Shown one piece after another: positions 1-9,123 of a DNA stretch of 64,000 nucleotides; positions within the stretch are counted from its first letter, which is position 1; every line of letters begins with the position of its first letter. Source of the DNA: Bacteroidales bacterium. GTDB taxonomy: Bacteria > Bacteroidota > Bacteroidia > Bacteroidales > VadinHA17. A program made the translations under genes and the position numbers. The notes below the pieces were generated by a model. That model saw only the letters and a list, made by a program, of their open reading frames with translations, had not been told where the DNA came from and searched no databases. The DNA is taken from assembly GCA_038252165.1 (NCBI GenBank), contig JBBSAP010000005.1, forward strand, positions 61 through 64,060, in the 5' to 3' direction.

Positions 1-167
1 GGGATGGCCATCGCGGCAAACCGGCCTGTTCGCTAAAATAGCCTACAAGGCTATTTCTTAACGCTCCAGCCTCCCCTTGGGGGAAAAAGAAAGGGGGTTT
101 ATTTTCTTGCGTATTTATAAGTCTCCTCTGAAGGTTTTCAGTGGTAAATAAGTATTATTTTTGAAAT

Positions 168-1427
168 ATGAATGCATTATTGGTCATAGTTCTGACAATG
201 ATCTTCTCGGCCTTTTTTTCAGGGATGGAGATCGCTTTCGTAACGTCGAACAAACTAAGGATTGAACTTGACAGGAAGCAGGGCGTATTCGGCTCAAAGA
301 TAATCCAGACCTTCACCAATAATCCGGGACAGTACATCGCAACAATGCTAATTGGCAATAATATTGCACTTGTCATTTATGGACTCTTCTTTTCAAGGCT
401 ACTCGGTCCTTTGCTTACACCACTTATCGGTTCCGACGTGGTTGTGCTGATCCTTAATACAATTATAAGTACAGGCTTAATTCTTCTTATGGCCGAGTTC
501 CTGCCCAAAACTGTTTTCATTATTTCATCAAATTTTTTTCTGAAACTGTTCAGCGTACCTGCCATGTTTTTCTATACTCTTTTTTATCCTGTAAGCAAGC
601 TGACTCTTGCAGCGGCAAATCTGTTAATCAGGCTCTTTTTCGGAATTAAAGGCGACAAAAAGGCACAGGAAAATCTTGTTTTCAGCAAGGTTGATCTTGA
701 TCATTTTGTGAATCTCAGCAGGCAGGGATCTGAAAAATCTGAGCCATATCATCAGAATATAAGGATCTTTCAGAATGCTCTCGATTTCTCCAGCGTGAAA
801 CTCAGGGAGTGCATGGTTCCCAGGACCGAAATTGACGCAGTCGAATCGAAAAGCGGAGTGGCTGAACTAAAGGAGAGGTTCATTCAGACCGGACATTCGA
901 GGATACTCATTTATCAGAGCTCTATCGACAATATTGTAGGTTACTTCGAGCTCAAGGATATCTTTAAGGATCCGTCTGACATAATATCATGTGTCAGAAA
1001 ACTGGCCATTGTCCCCGAAACAATGACTGCCAACAAGCTTCTGAAGCTATTCTTTGACGAAAAGAAAAATGTTGCTCTGGTTGTTGATGAGTTTGGTGGG
1101 ACCTCAGGAATGGTAACTATCGAAGATGTGCTTGAAGAGATTGTAGGAGATATTGAGGATGAGCATGATTATTATGAGCTCACCGAGAAAAAGATCAGCA
1201 ACAATGAGTTTATTTTATCAGGAAGGCTTGAGATCGATTACCTCAATGAGGAATACAAGCTCGGACTGCCTGAAGAGGATGACTATGAGACCCTGGCAGG
1301 TATGATCCTTTATCACCATGGAAGCATTCCCGGTGCCAATGAAATGATAAGGATCGGCAAATTTGTTTTTAGGGTGCTCAGGGTAACAACTACCAAGCTG
1401 GAGCTGGTAAACCTGAAGATTGAATAG
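168..1427 (+). CDS. CNNM/DUF21-CBS-CorC_HlyC family membrane protein (TlyC/CorC/GldE-like)
   Basis: 419-aa ORF. It has an N-terminal multi-TM region, a central CBS-pair-like region, and a C-terminal motif GGTSGMVTIEDVLEEIVGDIEDEHD typical of the CorC/HlyC transporter-associated domain. Confidence 0.85.
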   Translation: MNALLVIVLTMIFSAFFSGMEIAFVTSNKLRIELDRKQGVFGSKIIQTFTNNPGQYIATMLIGNNIALVIYGLFFSRLLGPLLTPLIGSDVVVLILNTIISTGLILLMAEFLPKTVFIISSNFFLKLFSVPAMFFYTLFYPVSKLTLAAANLLIRLFFGIKGDKKAQENLVFSKVDLDHFVNLSRQGSEKSEPYHQNIRIFQNALDFSSVKLRECMVPRTEIDAVESKSGVAELKERFIQTGHSRILIYQSSIDNIVGYFELKDIFKDPSDIISCVRKLAIVPETMTANKLLKLFFDEKKNVALVVDEFGGTSGMVTIEDVLEEIVGDIEDEHDYYELTEKKISNNEFILSGRLEIDYLNEEYKLGLPEEDDYETLAGMILYHHGSIPGANEMIRIGKFVFRVLRVTTTKLELVNLKIE

Positions 1428-1493
1428 ATATCTTCCTACCCCGATATCTATTGGGACCCTCCACCAAGAGGGAGGGACTTTAAGAATAATATA

Positions 1494-2228
1494 TTAAAGA
1501 CTGTTGTAAAACGAGATAATTTTCGCCAGGTCATCAACCTTCTTTAAATCAAGATTGTTAGCTTTAATAAAACTGCTTAATTTGCCGCTTTTATCAGGCA
1601 GAAAATCATGGAGGTCTTTTCTGTTATCGATCTTAGCAGCGCTTTTCCCTTCAGGTTGTACATAATATGTATCCCGTGTATGTATGAATTTTGCAGGGCT
1701 CCCTTCCTCCTGATAAGGTTTTGGAGGTGTAGCAGCCTGGAGCCTCAGATTCTTTTTGATCAACAACCTGCATTTCCCGTCTTTTTTAAGTATAAACCAT
1801 GAATTTTCGACTGAAGTGATGTCTCCGGGCGATTTAAGATATCCGGAATAAATAAACCTAAGGGTGTCAATCAGTACTGAAGAGATGCTTTCCGGGTTTA
1901 TAAGCGCATAGATCTCATCCTTCTTTCCGAACTGTATTTCCCCCTTAAAGATGTCATATCTGAAGTTCAATGGAATACTTTCTCCGGTTTTTAGTAAAAG
2001 GTTGCCCGGTGCAAAATCCTGATAAAGGAATGGATCTCCTTCAATTCTTTCATAGGTCACTTCTTCCCTGGCATTCATATTATGGTTAAGCCTGAGCCGG
2101 CTTAGCAATTCAAGATCGGACCTTTCAGTAGTAATAATTGTGCCTTCATTAAGCTGTCCGTATATTGCCAGAAAGCTAGAAACGATAATTATTATCAGGG
2201 AACTAATGACAATTTTAAGATTTTTCAT
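1494..2228 (-). CDS. hypothetical secreted or membrane-anchored protein
   Basis: 244-aa ORF with an N-terminal signal/anchor, MKNLKIVISSLIIIIVSSFLAIYGQ. No recognisable catalytic motif. Confidence 0.6.
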   Translation of the reverse strand: MKNLKIVISSLIIIIVSSFLAIYGQLNEGTIITTERSDLELLSRLRLNHNMNAREEVTYERIEGDPFLYQDFAPGNLLLKTGESIPLNFRYDIFKGEIQFGKKDEIYALINPESISSVLIDTLRFIYSGYLKSPGDITSVENSWFILKKDGKCRLLIKKNLRLQAATPPKPYQEEGSPAKFIHTRDTYYVQPEGKSAAKIDNRKDLHDFLPDKSGKLSSFIKANNLDLKKVDDLAKIISFYNSL

Positions 2229-2239
2229 TTATAAATTTA

Positions 2240-2860
2240 TTAGTAAAATATTGTCACAATCCAGGCGCCCGGGTTATTTATTGTCAGTCTCAATTCGCAT
2301 GTCAGTATTGCCGAATAAAAGTTATTCGGTGCAAAAAATTTAACATTCCCGTGAAACGGGAATTTCACATTCTCAAAACCGGTAAAGGCAGGTAACTGGT
2401 TTTCTGAGCCTGAGCTTCCCTGCATCAGCAGGCCGCTTATATTATTTGATTCGCCACCGTTTCGTGAAAATACATACTTTACATAAGGCCTGTCACCTGA
2501 TCTCATACATGATACCCTGCCGATTCCGTTGCGATATTCAATCACATATGGAGCCAGAGCTCTTTTACCGAGATATTTATCCTCTTTCCAAACCCCTTCA
2601 AGAAGTGAATCTCTGCTTTGATACTTATGAGAATATATTCCATAACCATCCCTGAGTCCTTTTTTCCACTCACCGTCATATGTGGCACCGTTGCTCCATA
2701 TATAAGTCCCGTTACCCTCTGGCAATCCTTTTACAAACTCACCTTTATAAAAATCCTCGCCTGTTGCATGCCCGATTCCGTCTGCCAGCCCGCGTTTACA
2801 ATCCCCTATGTAGCTTACCGATATGGCGGGCAAAAGAACCATGCATCCTGATTGCGCCAA
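2240..2860 (-). CDS. MORN-repeat protein
   Basis: Repeated YxGxxxxGxxxGxG units (FYKGEFVKGLPEGNGTY, YDGEWKKGLRDGYGIY) match the MORN repeat pattern. There is no clear signal peptide, so the start is uncertain. Confidence 0.65.
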   Translation of the reverse strand: MAQSGCMVLLPAISVSYIGDCKRGLADGIGHATGEDFYKGEFVKGLPEGNGTYIWSNGATYDGEWKKGLRDGYGIYSHKYQSRDSLLEGVWKEDKYLGKRALAPYVIEYRNGIGRVSCMRSGDRPYVKYVFSRNGGESNNISGLLMQGSSGSENQLPAFTGFENVKFPFHGNVKFFAPNNFYSAILTCELRLTINNPGAWIVTIFY

Positions 2861-3035
2861 AAATCAATTAGTGATAAGAAAAGATGCAAGAATTATCACC
2901 GGTAAAGCATTTCTTAACATATTCCGTGTACTTAAAGTTTATTTCTGATATCCAACCACAGCCAGATACATGCCTGAATATCCTGCGAATAATATTCAAC
3001 AAAAATCGCACCAATAAAGTTACGATAATATTATT

Positions 3036-3070
3036 AAAAAAAGAAAAGAGAGCCACGGGGACTCTCTTTC
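3036..3070 (-). terminator. intrinsic terminator downstream of the SusD-like gene
   Basis: An 8-bp perfect stem, AAAGAGAG (3045-3052) pairing with CTCTCTTT (3062-3069), with a 9-nt loop. On the minus strand it is followed by TCTTTTTTT. It lies 24 nt after the stop codon at 3093. Confidence 0.75.
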
Positions 3071-3092
3071 ATAAACAGTATAAATTTAAATT

Positions 3093-4766
3093 CTAATGTA
3101 CATCAGTTTCAACCGGAACCGGATTCTTCCTTGTATTCCACCATACCTGGCTTTCTGTGCCATTGGTGCTGAACATACCTTCATTTATCGACTCTATCTT
3201 CTGATCCAGACGTGCCTGAGCTACATTGCCGGTATTGTAAGTATCTTCGCTCAATGCATACTGAAGTCTGATTGGAAGACCAAGTTTCGGATAGAACGAT
3301 CCTTCAAGCTCATATTCGAAGATTCTTTCCGGGAAACCAGTCCTTCTTATCTCCGAATAAGCCTGGACACCTTCTCCATATATTGCTGCCCATCTCTGTT
3401 CACAGATCTTCTGGAATTTCTGAGCATCAGTTCCTCCCCATGCTACAAGTGGATGGGCCAGATATGTGGCATAGCTGACAGGGAAACCTGTTGGAGCGGT
3501 TGTGATAGTTGCTTTGCCATATGTCGGATAGACAGTTGAGCCATCAGCAAGACCCCATCTTGCCATTGAAGCTGCAATACCCGCTTCATAAGCATTTTTT
3601 GCCGGTCCATCATGGCCGCTGCGCATTTCATATTCAGCTATATTGAACATAACTTCATCAAATGTTAACACATAAAGCGGGGCATTTTCATCGAAGGCAA
3701 TTTTTGTCCCAAGAACCGAAATACTAGGGAAATTAGCTGATGTGATGCCTCGTCCATTCTGGAAACCTACATATTCAAGGGGAGGTGTTACAACAGAATT
3801 TGCTGTCGGCTGTCCATAGATATGAAGCCTGGGATCAACTCTTGCCTTGAGCCATTCTACCATCGTCTCGGATATCGCCTGATCTGCTCTTGTATAAAGA
3901 GTATTAAATATAGGATTCCTGTATGGAAGGCCAGGGTATGATATAAACGCATCATCATCAGTTGAATCGAAGATCGGGTACTGAGTCGGATTTCCAAGTA
4001 TTGCTGCAATCTGCGCATCAGCTGTTGCCAGTGCTGCAGGTCCGGGATTGGTAGTTACATCCGCCTGTGTGCCTGCCATATTGTAAGTAAATGTCCATGG
4101 AGTTCCCGCAACTCTGTTCAATATCCTGAGCTTGAGAGAATTGACAAATTTCCTCCATTTAACAGGGTCGCCTCCATAAATAAGGTCACCGCTTCCGAAA
4201 CTAACGGTCGTACCTGAAAGGAGGACATTGGCTTCTTCCAGTTCTGTAAGAAAAGCTGCATAAATGTCGGCTTGCTTATCATATTTGGGAGTCAGAGTAC
4301 CATCAATATCGAAACCCTGGAGTGCTTCTGAATATGGGATATCGCCCCATACATCGGTCACATACATGAACGCCCAGACCCTCATGGCCTTTGCAGCTCC
4401 TTCAAGGGATTTGTCTCCTGTTGTATTAGCTTTATTGATCACAATCGCGAGATTTTTAAGCTCGCGTGTAAAAGGAGCCTGAAATTCACCAGACATATCA
4501 CGGGGCATGTATTTGTCCTCATCAATGTACTGGACTTTGCACCACTGCTGGCACCATACTCCCAGATAGGTGTGCTGGATCCATCCGCCTAACTGACGGG
4601 AAACACCGTTCTGCACTGCATAAGTGAAGATATTAATGGCAGGAACATCAACCGGATTGTTCGGATTTGTATTAATTTCCTCAAAATCCTTGGTGCAGGA
4701 CCAAACCATGCCTGCAGCCAGGAACAATCCAAGAATTATTTTAGATGATTTTATTAAGTATTTCAT
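3093..4766 (-). CDS. SusD/RagB-family nutrient-binding outer-membrane lipoprotein
   Basis: 557 aa with a lipoprotein signal, LFLAAGMVWSC. It sits immediately downstream of a SusC-type TonB-dependent transporter, the canonical SusC/SusD pairing. Confidence 0.9.
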   Translation of the reverse strand: MKYLIKSSKIILGLFLAAGMVWSCTKDFEEINTNPNNPVDVPAINIFTYAVQNGVSRQLGGWIQHTYLGVWCQQWCKVQYIDEDKYMPRDMSGEFQAPFTRELKNLAIVINKANTTGDKSLEGAAKAMRVWAFMYVTDVWGDIPYSEALQGFDIDGTLTPKYDKQADIYAAFLTELEEANVLLSGTTVSFGSGDLIYGGDPVKWRKFVNSLKLRILNRVAGTPWTFTYNMAGTQADVTTNPGPAALATADAQIAAILGNPTQYPIFDSTDDDAFISYPGLPYRNPIFNTLYTRADQAISETMVEWLKARVDPRLHIYGQPTANSVVTPPLEYVGFQNGRGITSANFPSISVLGTKIAFDENAPLYVLTFDEVMFNIAEYEMRSGHDGPAKNAYEAGIAASMARWGLADGSTVYPTYGKATITTAPTGFPVSYATYLAHPLVAWGGTDAQKFQKICEQRWAAIYGEGVQAYSEIRRTGFPERIFEYELEGSFYPKLGLPIRLQYALSEDTYNTGNVAQARLDQKIESINEGMFSTNGTESQVWWNTRKNPVPVETDVH

Positions 4767-4784
4767 ATTTTAACACATTTAAGA

Positions 4785-7700
4785 TTAGAAATTAACCCTT
4801 AGATTAAATCCAAGCGATCTGGTGGAAGGGATTGCATTGGTTTCTGCCCCAACACTTGTATTACCGGCACTCTGGCTTACTTCCGGGTCAAGATCCGGAA
4901 TGTTCTTATGAATGATCCAGAGATTACGGCCGACAAGCGAAAGGTTAATGTCGCTCATCCCGATTTTATTCAGGAAACCGATTTTGTCGAATGAATATCC
5001 AACTGAAACCTCGCGCAGCTTGACAAAACTTCCGTCGAATAATGACAGTTCAGTCTTGGCATAGTGGTCATAACCGTAGGTATTGGCATCCACATAAGTA
5101 GTATTTGTAACCGGAGTATCAGTTACAGCTCCTGCTCCATCGGTAAAAGCAATAGTTCCATCAGTATTTACCTTTCCGTAGACGGCATCTTCTATAAGAA
5201 CACCTCCTCCTTCCAAAAGGGCGTCTCTTACATTTTTGCCATTGGCATTTATAGCTGCTGTCGGAGCAAGAACTCCTGTATACATGCCGAACATATGGCT
5301 AACTGAAAATATATCTCCGCCTTTTTTGAAGTCAACAAGGAAGCTTAGATTGAAATTCTTATACGTCAAGGAGTTATTAATACCTCCAAACCAGTCAGGA
5401 TATACATTACCGAGAGGGGTTCTCTGACCTGAACGTCTGTACCTTCCTGTAGGAGTTACAACAGGTCTGCCGGAATATTCATAATAAGCAAGCTGTGTTT
5501 TTGCTTCGTCATAATAGACCGGTTTTGCGTTTTCACGTACAACAGCATATCCATATACAGTTCCGTATTGTTTTCCGGGGAATGCATAAACGTAACCTCC
5601 CCAGCTTAAATCATAAAGGCTCAGATATTTCATGTCTTTGTATAGTTCCACAACCTTGTTCTCGTTCTTGGACCAGTTGAAGGTAACATCCCATGAAAAA
5701 TTATTTGTCTGTACCGGAGTAGCAGTTATCTGTAATTCAATACCAGAATTCTGCAGGTTGCCTGCATTGATTGTCTTTGATTGGAAACCTGTTGTATTTG
5801 AAACTGCGATGTTCATGATCTGGTTGACTGTATTCTCTTTATAGACACTTACGTCAAAACCCAGTCTGTTCTGGAAGAATCTGGCTTCCATACCAACTTC
5901 CTTTGAACGTTTTCTTTGTGGTTTAAGTCCTAGTGGCGGAATTGTTAAAGTGTAGCCCAGTGAAGGATTACCATTAAATGGCTGGTCTGCACTATACGTA
6001 CCCTGAAGCGAATATGGTTCAGCCGATCCGCCTACTTCTGCATAGCTTCCTCTCAGTTTAAGGAATGAAAGGAAATTAGATGTTATACCCAGAGCGTCTG
6101 TTAAAATAAATGATAGTGAAGCTGATGGATAAAAATAGGAATTGTTGTTTAATGGTAATGTTGACGACCAGTCATTTCTACCTGTAAGATCGAGGAAAAG
6201 GAAGTTTTTATAGCTGAAATTAGCTTGTCCGAAAATACTTTGCAGCTCGGTGTGTCTTTCACTGAGATCTGCGGTAGGAGCAACTGCAGCATTACTTACA
6301 GTATAAAGATCGGGTATAATAAGTTCTGCCACATTGATCCTCCGGAATTGCCCATTATAATGGTTATACTCAGCACCAACGCTTGCGTTTACCCCAAAGT
6401 TTCCAAATGTTTTATTAGCTTCAAGCCTGGCGTTGGCATTGATCTCCTGCCTGCGGTTTGAGTAGCTCCAAAAGCCCCCCTTAGGATAACCTATCCCAAC
6501 GTCTCCAATGGCAACACGCTCAACTATATCCTCAACTGAAAAGTCTGTTCCGGCCATGGCTTTGAATGCCAGCCAGTTGGTCAATTGCCACGACATGTTC
6601 ACGTTCCCAATCATCCTGTCCCTGTTCCTGGAGTTTGTATTTTTGTACATGTTCCAGTAAGGATTATTGTGATAACTGTGGTTCCAGCTGTATGGCATAC
6701 CTGTTTTTGGATCAGTGGTGTTCCAATTTTCCTTAAGAGCATTCATATCGACCTGACGACCGAACCACTGTCCCAGAGATTGCATCGGGTTACCTCCATT
6801 ATAGCCGTTCTCAGCTATATTATCACTTTTGTTGCTGATATATGATGCTGAACCTCCAAAGGTAATTTTGTCTGATAATGCAATATTACCTTTTAAGGCC
6901 ACATTGTTTCTTGTAAGGTCGGTATTCGGTATGATACCACTGATCTTCTGGTTAGATAGCGAAAGACGGAAATCGGCACCCTTTTTTGCACCCGCAATGG
7001 CTACCGAAGTAGTGCGTCTCATTCCTGTTCGAAAATAACTCTTTATGTTGTCAGGATGTGCTATCCATGGAGTGGCCGTGCGTGTATCGGTTTCAGCATC
7101 ATATGGACTGTCGAACTGTGGAATCAGTCTGCCGTCAAGGCGGGGACCCCAGCTTTCATCGACACCGTCATTGACACCGCCGTACATTCCATCAACATAT
7201 TCAAATTCATATTCCCCGGCTGCGGCATCTGAAGCAGATCCCTGGCCATAAAGGTTCTGATAATTAGGGATTACGAGAGGGTTTTCCCACATTACGTTTT
7301 CTTCAAGTGTCACACCGAGACCTGGTTTACCCAATCGTGATTTTCCTGATTTCGTGGTTATAAGTACAACGCCGTTAACAGCTCTTGAACCGTAAAGAGC
7401 AGCTGCACTTGCACCTTTCAGAACGCTGATATTCTCAACATCAGAAGGGTTGATATCACTGGAAGCGTTTCCATAGTCCCTCCCGCCATAAGAACCAGTG
7501 GAGCTCGTTGTGTTGTTGATAGGTACACCGTCAACAATGAATAGCGGCTGGTTATTGCCATCGGCGGAGAGTGAGTTAACACCCCTGATAAGTATTCTGA
7601 CACCCGATGAAACACCACCATCAGAGTTGGAAATCTGAACTCCTGCAAGTTTCCCCTGGAAGGCGTTTACAATGTTGGATACCTTTGCTTTTTCAAGCTT

Positions 7701-8093
7701 GTCACCTCCAAGGTCCTGCACTGCATAACCAAGAGCTTTTTTCTCCCTTGAAATACCCAGTGCTGTAACAACCACCTCATCCAGTCCGGTGATGTCTGAT
7801 TCCATTACACCATTGATTTCTGAGCGACCACCAATTTCAATCTCCTGTTTTTTCATACCGATATAGGTAAAAACCAGAGTTTTTGAATTTTGTGGTACAG
7901 GCAGGGTGTATTTTCCGTTAGCATCGGTTATGGTACCTATCGTGGTTCCCTTAACCTGAACAGTTACACCTGGGATAGGGCCTTCCCCTTCAATTGAGGA
8001 GGTCACCGTACCAGTAATTACTCTTGTTTGCGCAAACAAAGCCGTGACGCCTGCAAACACAAACAATACAATCAGCAGTAATAGTTTCTTCAT
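4785..8093 (-). CDS. SusC/RagA-family TonB-dependent outer-membrane transporter
   Basis: 1102 aa with signal peptide MKKLLLLIVLFVFAGVTALFAQ. The N-terminus has a carboxypeptidase-regulatory-like domain (ITGTVTSS..GPIPGVTVQVKGTT.GTITDANGKYTL) followed by a plug region (DEVVVTALGI). The protein ends LRVNF, an OMP-type C-terminal Phe. Confidence 0.95.
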   Translation of the reverse strand: MKKLLLLIVLFVFAGVTALFAQTRVITGTVTSSIEGEGPIPGVTVQVKGTTIGTITDANGKYTLPVPQNSKTLVFTYIGMKKQEIEIGGRSEINGVMESDITGLDEVVVTALGISREKKALGYAVQDLGGDKLEKAKVSNIVNAFQGKLAGVQISNSDGGVSSGVRILIRGVNSLSADGNNQPLFIVDGVPINNTTSSTGSYGGRDYGNASSDINPSDVENISVLKGASAAALYGSRAVNGVVLITTKSGKSRLGKPGLGVTLEENVMWENPLVIPNYQNLYGQGSASDAAAGEYEFEYVDGMYGGVNDGVDESWGPRLDGRLIPQFDSPYDAETDTRTATPWIAHPDNIKSYFRTGMRRTTSVAIAGAKKGADFRLSLSNQKISGIIPNTDLTRNNVALKGNIALSDKITFGGSASYISNKSDNIAENGYNGGNPMQSLGQWFGRQVDMNALKENWNTTDPKTGMPYSWNHSYHNNPYWNMYKNTNSRNRDRMIGNVNMSWQLTNWLAFKAMAGTDFSVEDIVERVAIGDVGIGYPKGGFWSYSNRRQEINANARLEANKTFGNFGVNASVGAEYNHYNGQFRRINVAELIIPDLYTVSNAAVAPTADLSERHTELQSIFGQANFSYKNFLFLDLTGRNDWSSTLPLNNNSYFYPSASLSFILTDALGITSNFLSFLKLRGSYAEVGGSAEPYSLQGTYSADQPFNGNPSLGYTLTIPPLGLKPQRKRSKEVGMEARFFQNRLGFDVSVYKENTVNQIMNIAVSNTTGFQSKTINAGNLQNSGIELQITATPVQTNNFSWDVTFNWSKNENKVVELYKDMKYLSLYDLSWGGYVYAFPGKQYGTVYGYAVVRENAKPVYYDEAKTQLAYYEYSGRPVVTPTGRYRRSGQRTPLGNVYPDWFGGINNSLTYKNFNLSFLVDFKKGGDIFSVSHMFGMYTGVLAPTAAINANGKNVRDALLEGGGVLIEDAVYGKVNTDGTIAFTDGAGAVTDTPVTNTTYVDANTYGYDHYAKTELSLFDGSFVKLREVSVGYSFDKIGFLNKIGMSDINLSLVGRNLWIIHKNIPDLDPEVSQSAGNTSVGAETNAIPSTRSLGFNLRVNF

Positions 8094-8249
8094 ACGAAAT
8101 TAGTTTTAGGTTTGAATTTAACTCGGCTAAGATACCGTTTTTTTTAAAAAAACAAATAAATACGGTTTTTTTATTATATAAATATCACTGAAATTTAAAG
8201 TTTTAACCACAGATTCTCACAAAGTCAACACTGAGTTATACATTTCAAT

Positions 8250-8289
8250 CACTATTGTCCGGGAAAACTAATAAAACGAGTATGAGATT
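8250..8289. repeat. 40-bp repeat module, copy A (CACTATTGTCCGGGAAAACTAATAAAACGAGTATGAGATT)
   Basis: It is the perfect reverse complement of 42190-42229. The surrounding 83-bp segment (8250-8332) is bracketed by an 11-bp direct repeat, TACATTTCAAT, at 8239-8249 and 8333-8343. Confidence 0.85.
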
Positions 8290-8520
8290 CTGAGCGAAGC
8301 GAAGAATCTCCTTCATTTTAACCTGACACTAGTACATTTCAATATATAAGCAGCTCAATAAATTACCCGGCACAACTTGGCGTTTCTCAGTGTAACAAGT
8401 TAGTTAACAAGGCTTTAATGGATTATGAATTATGGCTTATTGCATATTCACCGCTTCGTACCGGTATGGGCTTCCTCCCGAAAGCCTCTTCTGTTCAACT
8501 CAGTCTAACCTCCGTTTGAA

Positions 8521-9123
8521 TCAGTGGCTAAATCTCTTTGGGTCTCTTATAAGTTCTTCTGCTGCAATGCATAATTCATTATAAGTCTCCTCGCCAAGGA
8601 TTCCTGATAACGGAACTTTAAGAAACTCATAAACATATACACCTTCTGCCTTACCGCATCCGACTGCTGAATGGCAGATCGAAAGCTCCAGGTAATTAAC
8701 GGCCCTGAATCCGGAATACTGTTTTATCCTGGCCGGGAAAAGATGACACGAAACTGGTTTTTGAAATGATATCTTTCCCTCTGACCAGGCCTTTTCAATC
8801 CCGCACATAAAAACACCATTTTCAAGAATGGCATAAGCACATTCCTCATTCCCGATTAAAGGTGTAACTTTATCATTTTCAAAATCCTTTACACTTGTTC
8901 CTCTATTCTCTATCACCTCAATCCCTTCAGGCCGAAGGTATGGTTTCACATCGGGCAGGATCTCTTTCAGGGTGTCAACTTCCTCATCCGACAAAGGAGC
9001 ACCTGAATCACCATAGCGGCAGCAGTTACCCAGGCATAGGGGCAAGTCGCACTTGAATTTCTTTTCAAGAATGTCGAGGCTGAATATGGTGTCGCCGATT
9101 CTAAGCATGTTGTCGGGGGTCAA
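8521..9123 (-). CDS. Cys-rich protein (DUF3109-like, probable metal or Fe-S binding)
   Basis: 200 aa with cysteine clusters [26 protein letters not shown] and ICHSAVGCG. Its start overlaps the gpmI stop by 4 nt. The family name comes from memory of the N-terminal pattern only. Confidence 0.6.
   Translation of the reverse strand: MTPDNMLRIGDTIFSLDILEKKFKCDLPLCLGNCCRYGDSGAPLSDEEVDTLKEILPDVKPYLRPEGIEVIENRGTSVKDFENDKVTPLIGNEECAYAILENGVFMCGIEKAWSEGKISFQKPVSCHLFPARIKQYSGFRAVNYLELSICHSAVGCGKAEGVYVYEFLKVPLSGILGEETYNELCIAAEELIRDPKRFSH

Noticed and set aside
1-110. Possible 3' end of a tmRNA or another structured RNA at the window start.
   Set aside because: There is no plausible tag-peptide reading frame. 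The only short frame reads AKIAYKAIS, which is unlike Bacteroidota tags. No tRNA-like acceptor/T-arm can be recognised. I kept it only as a low-interest hairpin or repeat observation.
156-163. TATTTTTG box upstream of the first CDS, considered as a promoter.
   Set aside because: It ends 4 nt before the ATG at 168, which is too close for a -7 element to drive that start codon. It is probably a chance match in AT-rich sequence.
168-1427. Calling this gene gldE and inferring gliding motility.
   Set aside because: The DUF21-CBS-CorC architecture is shared by many non-motility paralogues. No gldD or other gld genes are adjacent in the window.
2868-3056. 62-aa ORF with a hydrophobic N-terminus just upstream of the MORN gene. 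It might be a frameshifted N-terminal part (signal peptide) of that gene.
   Set aside because: It is in a different frame and overlaps the intrinsic terminator hairpin of the SusD gene (3036-3070). Nothing in it resembles MORN-protein N-termini. I cannot exclude a frameshift without reads or orthologues, so I do not call a pseudogene.
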